From: Candidatus Levyibacteriota bacterium
Lineage (GTDB): Bacteria; Patescibacteriota; Microgenomatia; Levybacterales; UBA12049
Direction of reading: 5' to 3'
DNA: 64,000 nucleotides
Assembly: GCA_027459725.1 (NCBI GenBank)
Contig: DAIDHK010000002.1
Location: 35,752 to 99,751, forward strand
Position 1 is the stretch's first letter. Every line of letters starts with the position of its first letter. Below, in pieces: positions 49,273 to 59,157 of the stretch. The notes under the pieces are model-generated. The model saw only the letters and a list, made by a program, of their open reading frames with translations, was not told the origin of the DNA and did not search any database. Position numbers and translations under genes: made by a program.

Positions 49273-49617
49273 ATGCAAAATATGATGAAACCTATTATTA
49301 CTTTAGAAGATTTTGCAAAACTTGACTTGAGAGTTGGTAAAGTGTTAAAAGTCGAAGAAAAAGAAGGATCAGAAAAATTACTTAGACTTACAGTAGATTT
49401 TGGTGAAGAAGGAAGAAGAAATATTCTTTCAGGAATTAAACAATGGTACAAAGCCGAAGAGTTAGAAAATAAACAATTTATTTTTGCTTTTAATCTGGAG
49501 CCACGCAAAATGATGGGTGAAGAATCAGAAGGTATGATTTTGGCTGCTGAAGGAGAGGAAAAACCTCTACCACTGCAACCCCTCAAAGAGACCAAACTTG
49601 GTGCAACCATTAGGTAA
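49273..49617 (+). CDS. tRNA-binding domain protein (CsaA/Trbp111/EMAP-II-like OB fold)
   Basis: 114 aa. DLRVGKVLKVEEKEGSEKLLRLTVDFGEE...SEGMIL pattern. tgctataat -10-like element 12-20 nt upstream. Confidence 0.7.
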   Translation: MQNMMKPIITLEDFAKLDLRVGKVLKVEEKEGSEKLLRLTVDFGEEGRRNILSGIKQWYKAEELENKQFIFAFNLEPRKMMGEESEGMILAAEGEEKPLPLQPLKETKLGATIR

Positions 49618-49671
49618 TAACATATAGTTATTTTAAATTTATTTTAAGTTCCTATACCCCGGATAAATAGT

Positions 49672-51360
49672 TTAATTATCTCCTCCAGTAGGTGGAATAT
49701 TGTAATATGTAAGCATATCTTTAGTGATATTAAACCATGTAGGTGCTGCAGTTTCTGATCCCCATTCATACAAGGTCGGCTTATTTACAATTACCAGCAT
49801 AGCGAACTTTGGATCATCAGCAGGAGCGTAACCTATAAAGGAAGCAATAGTATTTGTCGGGTCATAATGGCCGTTTATAGGTATTTGAGCTGTTCCTGTT
49901 TTACCTGCGATTCTATATCCATGAATACGATAAAACTGTGCTTCTCCATGATCAACGGAATTTACCAGAATTTCATTCATCGTCTTTGCGGTTTGGACTG
50001 ATACGGTCCTTCTGACCTCCTTTGGCGCAATATTAACCACACTACCATCCGGATTTATAATCTGTTTTACAACCTCTGGCTGCATCATAACCCCATTATT
50101 AGCCAAACTTGAAAAGCCCGTTAATAATTCGATTGGAGTCATCGCAATCCCTTGCCCGAAACTTGCAGTTGCAACATCAATTGGATACCACTGATTTTCT
50201 GGTTTTATATCAGCAGACGCCTCTCCTTGTAAATCAATTCCAGTAATGTCTTTGATGCCAAATCTATTTAAAACATCTTCCATACCGGACAATCCCAGTT
50301 TTTCACTAACAAATGTCATTCCAGTATTATCAGAATTCTGAATTACATCAATCATATCAATACCTGGAATATATTTATCATTCCAGGTATGAATTTGATA
50401 TCCACCAATAGATACAGGTCCGCCGCAAATAGTACACTTGGTATATGGCGTAACTAGACCCTTATCTATTGCAGTCGCCATGACAAGCGGTTTGAAAGTT
50501 GATCCCGGCTCATATGTATCTGATATAAAACCATTTATATAATCCTGATCTGTATAATTTGCATAATGCGCGGGATCAAAACTAGGATATTGAGCCATAG
50601 CTAATATACCTCCAGTTTTTGGATCAATAGCTGCTGCCATAATACTCTTGCCCCCATATAAAGCTAAGCCTTTTCTCAGTTCTTTTTCCATTGTATATTG
50701 AAATGCTCTATCGATATTAAGGACTAACGTTCTACCTTCCTGATCAGGTGTATAATTTTGTAACTTTGAGAGAATAGGTCTGCCAAATGCATCATGAATT
50801 TCCATCTCATAAGTAGACTGTCCTGCTAAAAGTCTATTGTAGAAGCCTTCCAGGCCAAAGTATCCTTTATCGTTGCCGTTTGCATCTTTGCCCACAAACC
50901 CTAACAAATTTGCTGCCATCGAAGCTTCCGGATAATATCGGCCATATTTTTCTTCAAACCCAACTCCAGGTAAGTTAAGTTTACTAATCTTTTCTTCCAC
51001 GCTGTTATCTACACTGGGAGCAAGCGAAACCCAGAAACGGTCTAAGTTTAATAATGCGCTTATTGATGCCGGATCTTCGTTAAGAATTGGACTTAAAGCA
51101 TTTGCTACCAAGTTTGGATTACTTATCAGTTTTGGATTTGCGTAGACAGTATAATCAACCTTATCAGCAGCTATGGCATATCCATCCGAAGTTTCTATCT
51201 CACCTCTTTTTGGAGTTACCTTAACGTAGTTTCCATATTGCGCATTACCCATGTTTACTAGTTCATTGGCTCTCACTACTTGCCAATAAAACAATCGCAA
51301 CGCAACAAGCAGAAAAAGTACAGTAAAAGCTATTAAGGTCAAGCGATATCGGCGGCTCAT
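49672..51360 (-). CDS. ftsI: Class B penicillin-binding protein (FtsI-like transpeptidase)
   Basis: 562 aa. N-terminal TM, then SXXK (GSTFKP), SXN (NSDNTG) and KTG (AGKTGTA) motifs. Confidence 0.9.
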   Translation of the reverse strand: MSRRYRLTLIAFTVLFLLVALRLFYWQVVRANELVNMGNAQYGNYVKVTPKRGEIETSDGYAIAADKVDYTVYANPKLISNPNLVANALSPILNEDPASISALLNLDRFWVSLAPSVDNSVEEKISKLNLPGVGFEEKYGRYYPEASMAANLLGFVGKDANGNDKGYFGLEGFYNRLLAGQSTYEMEIHDAFGRPILSKLQNYTPDQEGRTLVLNIDRAFQYTMEKELRKGLALYGGKSIMAAAIDPKTGGILAMAQYPSFDPAHYANYTDQDYINGFISDTYEPGSTFKPLVMATAIDKGLVTPYTKCTICGGPVSIGGYQIHTWNDKYIPGIDMIDVIQNSDNTGMTFVSEKLGLSGMEDVLNRFGIKDITGIDLQGEASADIKPENQWYPIDVATASFGQGIAMTPIELLTGFSSLANNGVMMQPEVVKQIINPDGSVVNIAPKEVRRTVSVQTAKTMNEILVNSVDHGEAQFYRIHGYRIAGKTGTAQIPINGHYDPTNTIASFIGYAPADDPKFAMLVIVNKPTLYEWGSETAAPTWFNITKDMLTYYNIPPTGGDN

Positions 51361-51665
51361 TGTTGATAGGCAAGCGGCATAGAATTTTGTGCAGAAAATG
51401 CTACAGTATTTTTGTCCGCTACAAATCCCATTTTAGCAGCCTCTGAAGCAATTTGCGTATACGAGGACATAGACAGTACTTTCTGCTCCATGTTGGTGTC
51501 TTGAAGCTGCAGTCTACTTAACTGTGTTTGCAATTTGTCCAGACTTATACCGCCTGTGGACATCATATTAGATACTGTCAAATTAACAATTAATAGTGAT
51601 ATAACTGTAAATATTAATAATGTTAATATAATAACGGGCAGTTTCATATATTTATTTTTTTTCAA
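51357..51665 (-). CDS. ftsL: FtsL-like cell division protein
   Basis: 102 aa with a single TM helix. Sits between rsmH and ftsI and overlaps both (4 nt and 14 nt). Confidence 0.6.
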   Translation of the reverse strand: MKKNKYMKLPVIILTLLIFTVISLLIVNLTVSNMMSTGGISLDKLQTQLSRLQLQDTNMEQKVLSMSSYTQIASEAAKMGFVADKNTVAFSAQNSMPLAYQQ

Positions 51666-52545
51666 AAGCTCTTAATTTCGCACTTCTACTTCTAACATTT
51701 GCTGAGATCTCAACTTCAGTCGCCAATACCGGTTGATGTGTAATAACAACACCAAGACTTTTTCGTTCAAAGTCCGAAAACAAATGTTTTACTATCCTAT
51801 CTTCCAATGAATGAAAAGATATAACGACTAATCTTCCCTTACTTTGCAATAAACTACATGCTGCAGGCAATGCTTCTTCAAGGGAGTGAAGCTCATCATT
51901 TACAATTATTCTCAATGACTGAAATATCCTTGCTGCAGCAGCCGTTCGATTTAACTTCGCTGGCATTACACTCTCAATAATCTCTATCAGTTGCTTAGTC
52001 GTCTTTATTGTATTATCCTTTCTTACCTTAACAATTTCTGTTGCAATACCATGAGCAAACCTTTCCTCACCAAATCTACTAAATATCTCTATCAATTCGT
52101 TTCTATGCAAACCATTCACCAAATCCTTGGCGGTTACCGATAAATTACTGTCCATACGCATATCTAAGGGTCCTTCTTTGCTAAAACTGAATCCTCGATT
52201 AGGGTCATCAATCTGATGACTTGAAACACCAAGATCAAAAATAATTCCTGCAACGTTTTTAAAACCATATTCTTCAGCAATTGTTGCAATATTCCTAAAA
52301 TTACCCTTAGCTAGAACAATTTCTTTCCCAATCTTAAAATTTGAATTTTGAATTTCAAAAGTTTTTTTAGCCTCATCCAATGCTTCCTGGTCTACATCAA
52401 TTCCTAAAACTCTTCCACCCTTATTTAATATTTTTAAACTATGTCCTCCACCGCCCAATGTTGCATCAATGTACATTCCTGCAGCTTTTACATTTAAAAA
52501 TCCAATCGATTCTTCTGGCAAAACGCTGATATGGTACTTATTCAT
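51652..52545 (-). CDS. rsmH: 16S rRNA (cytosine1402-N4)-methyltransferase RsmH (MraW)
   Basis: 297 aa. HISVLPEE and DATLGGGGHS motifs. Confidence 0.9.
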   Translation of the reverse strand: MNKYHISVLPEESIGFLNVKAAGMYIDATLGGGGHSLKILNKGGRVLGIDVDQEALDEAKKTFEIQNSNFKIGKEIVLAKGNFRNIATIAEEYGFKNVAGIIFDLGVSSHQIDDPNRGFSFSKEGPLDMRMDSNLSVTAKDLVNGLHRNELIEIFSRFGEERFAHGIATEIVKVRKDNTIKTTKQLIEIIESVMPAKLNRTAAAARIFQSLRIIVNDELHSLEEALPAACSLLQSKGRLVVISFHSLEDRIVKHLFSDFERKSLGVVITHQPVLATEVEISANVRSRSAKLRAFEKK

Positions 52546-52975
52546 GTTTTTCTTCTCTGGACAGGCGTTCTGCGATATTTATTGCATTCTCACTCAAACG
52601 ATTCTGCTGGTCCTCCCAACCTTTTTTGTTCCAAATTTCCACAAAGCGTGAGATACCGGCAAAAATAATTTCATCTGATATCTGGGCGTATTCACGTAGA
52701 TATGCAGGCAGCACACATCTACCTTTATTATCCAGTTCCACAAATGTTGCGTTTCCAAGTAAAAATCTTTGTATCTCTCTTGCCGATTTCTCTGTAAAAG
52801 GTCTCCCCTCAGTCCCTTCTAGCAGCGTCTTCCACATGCCTTCAGAAACCACGATAAGACAATGTTCAAATCCTTTAGTAAGAATTATTCTCTCACCAAG
52901 TATCTGTCTAAATTTGCTGGGCAGGCTAATCTGTTGTTTGTTAGTTATAGTTCCCTCGTACTGTCCCAGTAGCAT
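52538..52975 (-). CDS. mraZ: Transcriptional regulator MraZ
   Basis: 145 aa. MLLGQYEGTITNKQQISLPSKFRQ (MraZ double SpoVT/AbrB). Confidence 0.85.
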   Translation of the reverse strand: MLLGQYEGTITNKQQISLPSKFRQILGERIILTKGFEHCLIVVSEGMWKTLLEGTEGRPFTEKSAREIQRFLLGNATFVELDNKGRCVLPAYLREYAQISDEIIFAGISRFVEIWNKKGWEDQQNRLSENAINIAERLSREEKHE

Positions 52976-52982
52976 ATCTTTA

Positions 52983-53010
52983 TCCTACTTTTTCCTACTT
53001 TGTACTATTT
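52983..53010 (-). promoter_or_regulatory. Three 10-bp-phased direct repeats (AAGTAGGA on the mraZ strand) between the mraZ start and a TTGACT -35-like element; candidate MraZ operator
   Basis: Plus strand tcctacttt / tcctacttt / tgtactatt at 52983, 52993 and 53003. MraZ proteins bind three 10-bp-spaced repeats upstream of their own gene. Confidence 0.45.
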
Positions 53011-53106
53011 ATTTTGCTCCTATTATTAGTAAAAGTCAATACAAAAATCTACGAAAACAAGCAAGAAGATTAAAGAAAATTAAACAATTATCAGAAGATG
53101 AAGAAT

Positions 53107-53649
53107 TTAACCTTGAGGTATATTAATTGAGTCGTCAACTTTATAAATAGATCCATCTAACTTAGTTATTTTCATCTCCAGCTGTACTGAAGTAACTCCT
53201 GTATCATAACGACAAACTCCACTAGAACAAGTACCTAATTCCCTAAATTGAGATGAATATGAAGTCTTACCATTAAGTATTACAGGATTATCGCTACCAA
53301 ATTCCTGAGTGACCTTCTGACCTTGGTTATATTGATTTTGATCACTTAGTGGAATATCAGCCTGATAAGTGAAGTTCCATTCCAAAGACTTAATTCCCTC
53401 TAGCTTATTTGCAACAAACTTGATTGCCTTATTGTCATTTCTTAAAACCAATTGTAGACCAATATCAGATGGAGACAGCGTACCAATGATTTGCATCTGA
53501 TCTCCACTTTGAGACCCAGATTGTGTCTGACCTGCTTGATTGCTTAAACCCTTAGAACCTAAGAAAAACCAAGCACCACCGCTAACGATAAGGATAGCAA
53601 GAATTGCTATTACACCAAATAGGACTTTACGATTTTGCAAATATTTCAT
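53107..53649 (-). CDS. Membrane-anchored hypothetical protein
   Basis: 180 aa. N-terminal TM and a Q/S-rich linker. Confidence 0.45.
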   Translation of the reverse strand: MKYLQNRKVLFGVIAILAILIVSGGAWFFLGSKGLSNQAGQTQSGSQSGDQMQIIGTLSPSDIGLQLVLRNDNKAIKFVANKLEGIKSLEWNFTYQADIPLSDQNQYNQGQKVTQEFGSDNPVILNGKTSYSSQFRELGTCSSGVCRYDTGVTSVQLEMKITKLDGSIYKVDDSINIPQG

Positions 53650-53685
53650 AGATCTAGATTAATTTTACCAGCCGTACCGCTTTTG

Positions 53686-54402
53686 TCAACTAATTGAAGT
53701 AGTTACGGAGATATTAGACAAATGTATTTTATTTGAGAAAAAAACTTCAATGGCGTCTGCGTAAAAAGAACTCTCATTTAAAGGTGATATTCTGAAGGGT
53801 AAATTTCTTGACCATGCTTCTACCGCTTTATAAGCAACCACAGGAGTCTTACCCTTCGTAGTAAATCTTATACGAGGATCTGCCGGACGAGGGAGGTCAA
53901 TAACAATTTCTGCACTTCTCGTTTCAATTGCTTTACCTGGAGAAATATATCTATCTAAGTAAATTGACATATCTCCTTCCTTTGAAAATCTTTTTAATGT
54001 ATTTACTGCATTTCTCAAAGATACTGTTGAGTATTCATTATAGAAGGCAAACATAATTTTTTGGTACTTAATCATTAAATTAATAAGAGATTGATTTTTA
54101 ACCTTGGTAAACTCTGGTTCTTCAGCCCATTTTCCGCTTATATAATATGCATAAAATTTCTCAAGCTCTTCAGCTGCAGGAATTGGTATATGTAAACTTG
54201 GAGATGATATTGAAGATGTATCAATATAACCATGAAATTTTTTCCCTTTAAAGACACCTGAACTAGAGTCTCCAACAAAGGATGCACGATATCCTATCGT
54301 TTCACTTGCACCTCCACCGTTTGAGGAAAACGCAACCTGACTCCAATCTTTTGCAGTAGTATCTCTATATTTATTCTTAAATCTATATTTTTCTAAACTC
54401 AC
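53686..54402 (-). CDS. Hypothetical protein
   Basis: 238 aa. No recognisable motifs. Confidence 0.4.
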   Translation of the reverse strand: MSLEKYRFKNKYRDTTAKDWSQVAFSSNGGGASETIGYRASFVGDSSSGVFKGKKFHGYIDTSSISSPSLHIPIPAAEELEKFYAYYISGKWAEEPEFTKVKNQSLINLMIKYQKIMFAFYNEYSTVSLRNAVNTLKRFSKEGDMSIYLDRYISPGKAIETRSAEIVIDLPRPADPRIRFTTKGKTPVVAYKAVEAWSRNLPFRISPLNESSFYADAIEVFFSNKIHLSNISVTTSIS

Positions 54403-54449
54403 TATGTGGGAATTATAGTAAATTTTACAAAATAAGGCAAAATTTTGAA

Positions 54450-55832
54450 CTAAATTGTAATCAGCAGTCGATTAAAATGTGAAGTTAGGTCTTCAATCTT
54501 TATTCTGTCTTGTTGTGTAGTGTCACGATTACGAACAGTAACCATTCCGTCCTCTAAGCTTTGAAAATCCACCGTAATACACCATGGAGTTCCAATTTCA
54601 TCCTGCGCCAGGTATCTTTTTCCAATATTCCCTCGATCATCCCAGATTATTTTTCCATTTATGTTATTTTGCAAATCATTATATACTTCCCGCGCTGTTT
54701 CTATTAACTCCGGTTTATTATGCAATAATGGAAATACTGCAACTTTTACAGGGGCCAAAGAAGGAGCTATTTTCAAGAAAACCCGCTTATCATCCTCTGT
54801 ATATGCATTAGATAAAATCATAAGTATACTTCTAGTAATACCTAACGCTGGTTCAATTACATGAGGTAAGAATTTTTTACCTGTTTGTGGATCTATATAA
54901 CTTAAATCCTTTCTTGAGTATTCCTGTTGTTGATGCAAATCATAATCGGTTCTATAAGCAAGTCCCCATAATTCCTTAAAACCAAAAGGAAAATTGTATT
55001 CTAAATCTACTGTTTTTTTACTATAAAATGATCTTTCCTTCTCCGTATGCTCACGCCAGCGCAAATCATTTTCGCTAATCTTTAATTTATTAACTACAAA
55101 TTCCCACATCTCCTCTTGCCAATCTGCAAATAACTTCTCCCATTTTGTAGACTCAGGATCAAAGAAATATTCTATCTCTCCTTGTACAAACTCTAATGTA
55201 CGAAAGACTGAATTTCCCGGAGTAATTTCATTCCTAAAACTTTTTCCTAACTGAGCTACTCCAAATGGCAACCTAATCCTAGTAGAATCAATAATATTTT
55301 TAAAGTTTACAAACATTCCCTGTGCAGTTTCCCCACGTAAGTATGCCTTCGCATCATCACCTTGGACTAAACCTAATTCAACTCCAAAAAGCTGGTTAAA
55401 TTTACGTATTGGTGTCCAGTCAAATTCTCCGCATACAGGACAAACAACTTTATTTTCATTCAGCAAACTTTCTAATTCAACTAGCGGCATCCCCTCAACA
55501 TTCTTATTCAACGAATCTTCTAATAAATGATCTGCTCGCATTCGATGTCGGCAATTTCTACAATCAATCATCGCGTCTGCAAACGTAGCTACATGTCCAG
55601 ATGCTTCCCATATTTTATGATGAGAAATAATGCTTGCATCCAAACCTACCATATCTTCTCTTTTTTCTACAAAATTTACCCACCATAAATTTTGAAGATT
55701 GCGCAATAATTCAACCCCCATTGGTCCATAATCGTAGGTGTTCGCTACACCTCCGTATATCTCAGATCCTGGGTAAATAAATCCTCGTCTTTTGCAAAGT
55801 GCAATTAATTTTTCCATGATGTTATTTGCCAT
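54450..55832 (-). CDS. glyQS: Glycyl-tRNA synthetase, alpha2 (archaeal/eukaryotic-like) type
   Basis: 460 aa. N-terminus RRGFIYPGSEIYGGVANTYDYGPMG and class II motifs. Confidence 0.85.
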   Translation of the reverse strand: MANNIMEKLIALCKRRGFIYPGSEIYGGVANTYDYGPMGVELLRNLQNLWWVNFVEKREDMVGLDASIISHHKIWEASGHVATFADAMIDCRNCRHRMRADHLLEDSLNKNVEGMPLVELESLLNENKVVCPVCGEFDWTPIRKFNQLFGVELGLVQGDDAKAYLRGETAQGMFVNFKNIIDSTRIRLPFGVAQLGKSFRNEITPGNSVFRTLEFVQGEIEYFFDPESTKWEKLFADWQEEMWEFVVNKLKISENDLRWREHTEKERSFYSKKTVDLEYNFPFGFKELWGLAYRTDYDLHQQQEYSRKDLSYIDPQTGKKFLPHVIEPALGITRSILMILSNAYTEDDKRVFLKIAPSLAPVKVAVFPLLHNKPELIETAREVYNDLQNNINGKIIWDDRGNIGKRYLAQDEIGTPWCITVDFQSLEDGMVTVRNRDTTQQDRIKIEDLTSHFNRLLITI

Positions 55833-55878
55833 ATACGTATCATAGCAAAAAAATTAGCTTTAATAAAATGGAATATAA

Positions 55879-56421
55879 TTATTTATGAAGAAAGATCTCT
55901 TTAGCTTTAAGTTTTTTTTCCATCAAGCTTTCAATATAATATTGTACATTGAAATATTCGCTCATCCACATCCTTTGGTTAGCAAAACCCAATAATTCTA
56001 ATAGACTTAATTCGAAGTTTCTCATTAATTCGTGTGGCTCACAATTTAGACAAAGCCTATCTAATGTTTCGATTAATAGATTAAATACATTTTCATTCTC
56101 TTCATTTTCCGGACAAAGTCCGTCAATTATTTCGCAGATATGATAACCAAACCCAATCTTTAATAAATCACTTTTTATGAACTTATAATCAGAAATCATT
56201 TCTGCTTCAGACAATAGAGGAATATTACCATTATTATATAAAGTTAATTTTGTACGATTTAACAACTCCACATGTGGTGAGCGTCTACTTGAAATTTTAC
56301 GAATTCCAGGAGCCTTTACAATAATTTTGCCATTAGATCTGGTAAAAATCGTTAAAATTTTATCCGCCTCACTATAATTTTTCCTTTTTATAACAATACC
56401 CTCAGTTTTAATGACTCGCAT
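55879..56421 (-). CDS. recO: DNA repair protein RecO (short form)
   Basis: 180 aa. MRVIKTEGIVIKRKNYSEADKILTIFT...GKIIVKAPGIRK N-terminal OB-fold pattern. Confidence 0.6.
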   Translation of the reverse strand: MRVIKTEGIVIKRKNYSEADKILTIFTRSNGKIIVKAPGIRKISSRRSPHVELLNRTKLTLYNNGNIPLLSEAEMISDYKFIKSDLLKIGFGYHICEIIDGLCPENEENENVFNLLIETLDRLCLNCEPHELMRNFELSLLELLGFANQRMWMSEYFNVQYYIESLMEKKLKAKEIFLHK

Positions 56422-56451
56422 AATCTATAACAAATACTATTCTCTATGAGA

Positions 56452-58440
56452 TTACTTCAATTGTAAAGTTCTATCAGTCAATAAGGGGAACTGATCTAAT
56501 TGTCTGCCGTTATAAACTATAGTGTATTCGTTATCATTTGTACCTGCCTGTTTCTGAATCATTAAAGGCAAAGAAGATCCATTTTGTAATTTGAAAGGTA
56601 ACTTATAGGTCACCGTTAATGTGGCCTTCCCTAAAGGTCTAATTACGGTATATCCTTCAAATACTGTCTTTCCAAGTTGGTTGTATGTTTTCATTGTAAC
56701 TTGTGAGCCAGTATTAGATACCAACTGACTACCTTGAGGAACATAAATTCTGATCCAATCTCTTAAATCAGCATTTAAACATAGCCCACCACTGGCCAAA
56801 CTACAATTAGAAGGTGCATGATCGTTAGTGTAATTAATAGTAACTGTTTTAGTAATAGTTCTATCAGATCCAACAGTATAATCACTTTCTACCGCTTCAT
56901 TAGTAAACAAATTAGCCTTATCTCCCCCGAAGTTAGCATCATTAATAGCCAGATAGTCTCCACTAAAGGGTAATATTTGTCCAGCCGCATTCAATGACTC
57001 CAAACCCTTCTGCGCCTGCGGATCATTTAGGTCAAATAAAATATGTTTTTGTGCTGTTAAAGTTATCATGGACTGAAAAAGAGGCCCCCAGTACTTTTTT
57101 GGTGATGACTGCAAAGCTTTCTGCATAATAGACACTAGTAATGCGCCTAACAGACTTTTCCTGTCAGTTCTCAAATAGTTAACTGGCCTAGATATATCAT
57201 TCTCAAGTTGATATATAACCTGGGGACAATCGCATCTTGGGTCATTGTTTGTTGTAAATTCAGTACCATTCGCATATACAGAGTTATCTAAAATCTTAAT
57301 GGTTGAAGTTAACACATACGTGTCAATAGCAATATATCCATCTACAGGCTCATAATTAGGAGATTTAGCATACATCTGTTTGAACAGTCTCATATTCGTC
57401 AAGAAATCAGGAGATAAATTAGAGTCACGCAAATTATAGACAGGATCGGTCAAATGTAGATATTCCACCAGTGGAGCAGGAGCGGGAGGCTTATTTGGAA
57501 TTGAATCATCAAGCGGATATATATCTGCTGAGGTTTCAGGAGTAATTACACCCTTATCGACGGAGAATATGGAATAGCCAGTTATAAAACCACCACCAGG
57601 ACGAAGTTCTTTATCATTCTGGAAAATAATAAAATATTTCTGAGGACTATTCTCGCCCATTAATGCAGGAAGCTCGGTAATAAAAGGTCTAGCCTGATTT
57701 ACTGCAACTACACCCTCATCTACATAAGTCTGAATTTGAGTTATATCGGAACCAATTGTCTTCCCAAATAACCAGGAAGGATAATGATTAGGATCAATAC
57801 CATCCACCTCGGTTTTTACCTGTTCTAAGCTGGATGCAATATTACCAATGTCAGGAGTAATTTTACCAAGTGTCAAAACTGCTGTTGATATACGTGAAGC
57901 GGCTGAACCACCCACGAAACTTCCTTTACCTTTTAAACCTAATAGATCTGCATAAGGTTTTAAATCGTTGATTACGACTTGTGCGGTATTTAAACTGGCA
58001 CTTCCAGCCTTCATGGCATGCTGGGCGTCGGAATAGTACATGTTTGCAATTGGAACAAATTGCAAATATCCCATCGCATCCAGTTTTTTTGCAGTATCTG
58101 CCATTGCAAGTTTACTCTGCTGCAATTGAGTATCCGCAACGTCTATATTTTGTGATTTAATTGCCGCATAAAAAGCGGTTAAGGAAGCTTTCGTGACCTT
58201 TGCAGAAGCAACTAGATTTTTAACAGGAATACCCACAGCGAAAATGAGTATAATTATAACCACCGCTAATATTGTTACAACAATACCAACATTTTTTTTC
58301 CAATTCTTATTTTTTCTTTTACTTCTCATAAGTTGATTAGAAATAGGTTCTAAACCATGTTTCTCTAAAACTTGTTTATCAGCAAAATCAATTTTTTTAA
58401 ATCCGTCCATTACAGTAATAATATTACTTAACACTAACAT
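56452..58440 (-). CDS. Membrane-anchored extracytoplasmic protein, DUF4012-like
   Basis: 662 aa. One N-terminal TM. ELRPGGGFITGYSI motif. Lies at the head of a glycan-synthesis gene block. Confidence 0.4.
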   Translation of the reverse strand: MLVLSNIITVMDGFKKIDFADKQVLEKHGLEPISNQLMRSKRKNKNWKKNVGIVVTILAVVIIILIFAVGIPVKNLVASAKVTKASLTAFYAAIKSQNIDVADTQLQQSKLAMADTAKKLDAMGYLQFVPIANMYYSDAQHAMKAGSASLNTAQVVINDLKPYADLLGLKGKGSFVGGSAASRISTAVLTLGKITPDIGNIASSLEQVKTEVDGIDPNHYPSWLFGKTIGSDITQIQTYVDEGVVAVNQARPFITELPALMGENSPQKYFIIFQNDKELRPGGGFITGYSIFSVDKGVITPETSADIYPLDDSIPNKPPAPAPLVEYLHLTDPVYNLRDSNLSPDFLTNMRLFKQMYAKSPNYEPVDGYIAIDTYVLTSTIKILDNSVYANGTEFTTNNDPRCDCPQVIYQLENDISRPVNYLRTDRKSLLGALLVSIMQKALQSSPKKYWGPLFQSMITLTAQKHILFDLNDPQAQKGLESLNAAGQILPFSGDYLAINDANFGGDKANLFTNEAVESDYTVGSDRTITKTVTINYTNDHAPSNCSLASGGLCLNADLRDWIRIYVPQGSQLVSNTGSQVTMKTYNQLGKTVFEGYTVIRPLGKATLTVTYKLPFKLQNGSSLPLMIQKQAGTNDNEYTIVYNGRQLDQFPLLTDRTLQLK

Positions 58441-58485
58441 TACTTGTCAACTTGACAAGTCACAAAAACATATAATTACAGCATT

Positions 58486-59157
58486 CTACAGAGCATTTTT
58501 ACCCGAAATCATAGCCCAGGGAGTTTTAAGTATAATCCAAAAATCATAAATAATCGACTTACGACGAGCATATTCTGCATCCATACTTATACGTTTATCA
58601 AAATTTAACATACTTCTACCCGAAACCTGCCAATAACCAGTAACTCCCGGTTTTACGGATAACACTTCGTTCACTAGTTGTTTAGTCTCAGGATAGCGCT
58701 TTTGTTGCTTTTCTAATTCTTCTGGATAATAAGGTCGCGGACCTACAAGGCTCATATCACCCTTTAGAACATTTACTAATTGTGGAACCTCATCAAGAGA
58801 ATATTTACGAATAAATTTCCCTATTTTTGTAATTCTAGGATCGTCTTTTATCTTGTAATTTCCTCCTTTTTGCTGTTCTTCATAAGCTTTACTAAATTTA
58901 GGATCAGTTCTCAACAAATAATACGCATTAGTGATCATAGAACGAAATTTATAAGGATAGAAACGCTCTCCATTTCTCCCTACTCTTTTGGGGGTATCAG
59001 CAAAAATTGGGCCTTCTGAATCCAGACTAATCAATAATGCCACTATAAGTATTACCGGAGAAAAAATGATTAATAGAATAAATGCCAGGACTATATCCAT
59101 TAATCTTTTAATAAAATTATAAAACTTATGCTGTTTAAACTCATCTGTAGACGTCAT
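58486..59157 (-). CDS. Polyprenyl-phosphate sugar-phosphate transferase (bacterial sugar transferase family, PglC/WbaP-C-like)
   Basis: 223 aa. One [25 protein letters not shown] motif. Confidence 0.8.
   Translation of the reverse strand: MTSTDEFKQHKFYNFIKRLMDIVLAFILLIIFSPVILIVALLISLDSEGPIFADTPKRVGRNGERFYPYKFRSMITNAYYLLRTDPKFSKAYEEQQKGGNYKIKDDPRITKIGKFIRKYSLDEVPQLVNVLKGDMSLVGPRPYYPEELEKQQKRYPETKQLVNEVLSVKPGVTGYWQVSGRSMLNFDKRISMDAEYARRKSIIYDFWIILKTPWAMISGKNAL

Noticed and set aside
49248-49610. 120-aa minus-strand ORF
   Set aside because: Antisense to the tRNA-binding-domain gene, which has a clear family signature; the minus-strand frame is S-rich low complexity.
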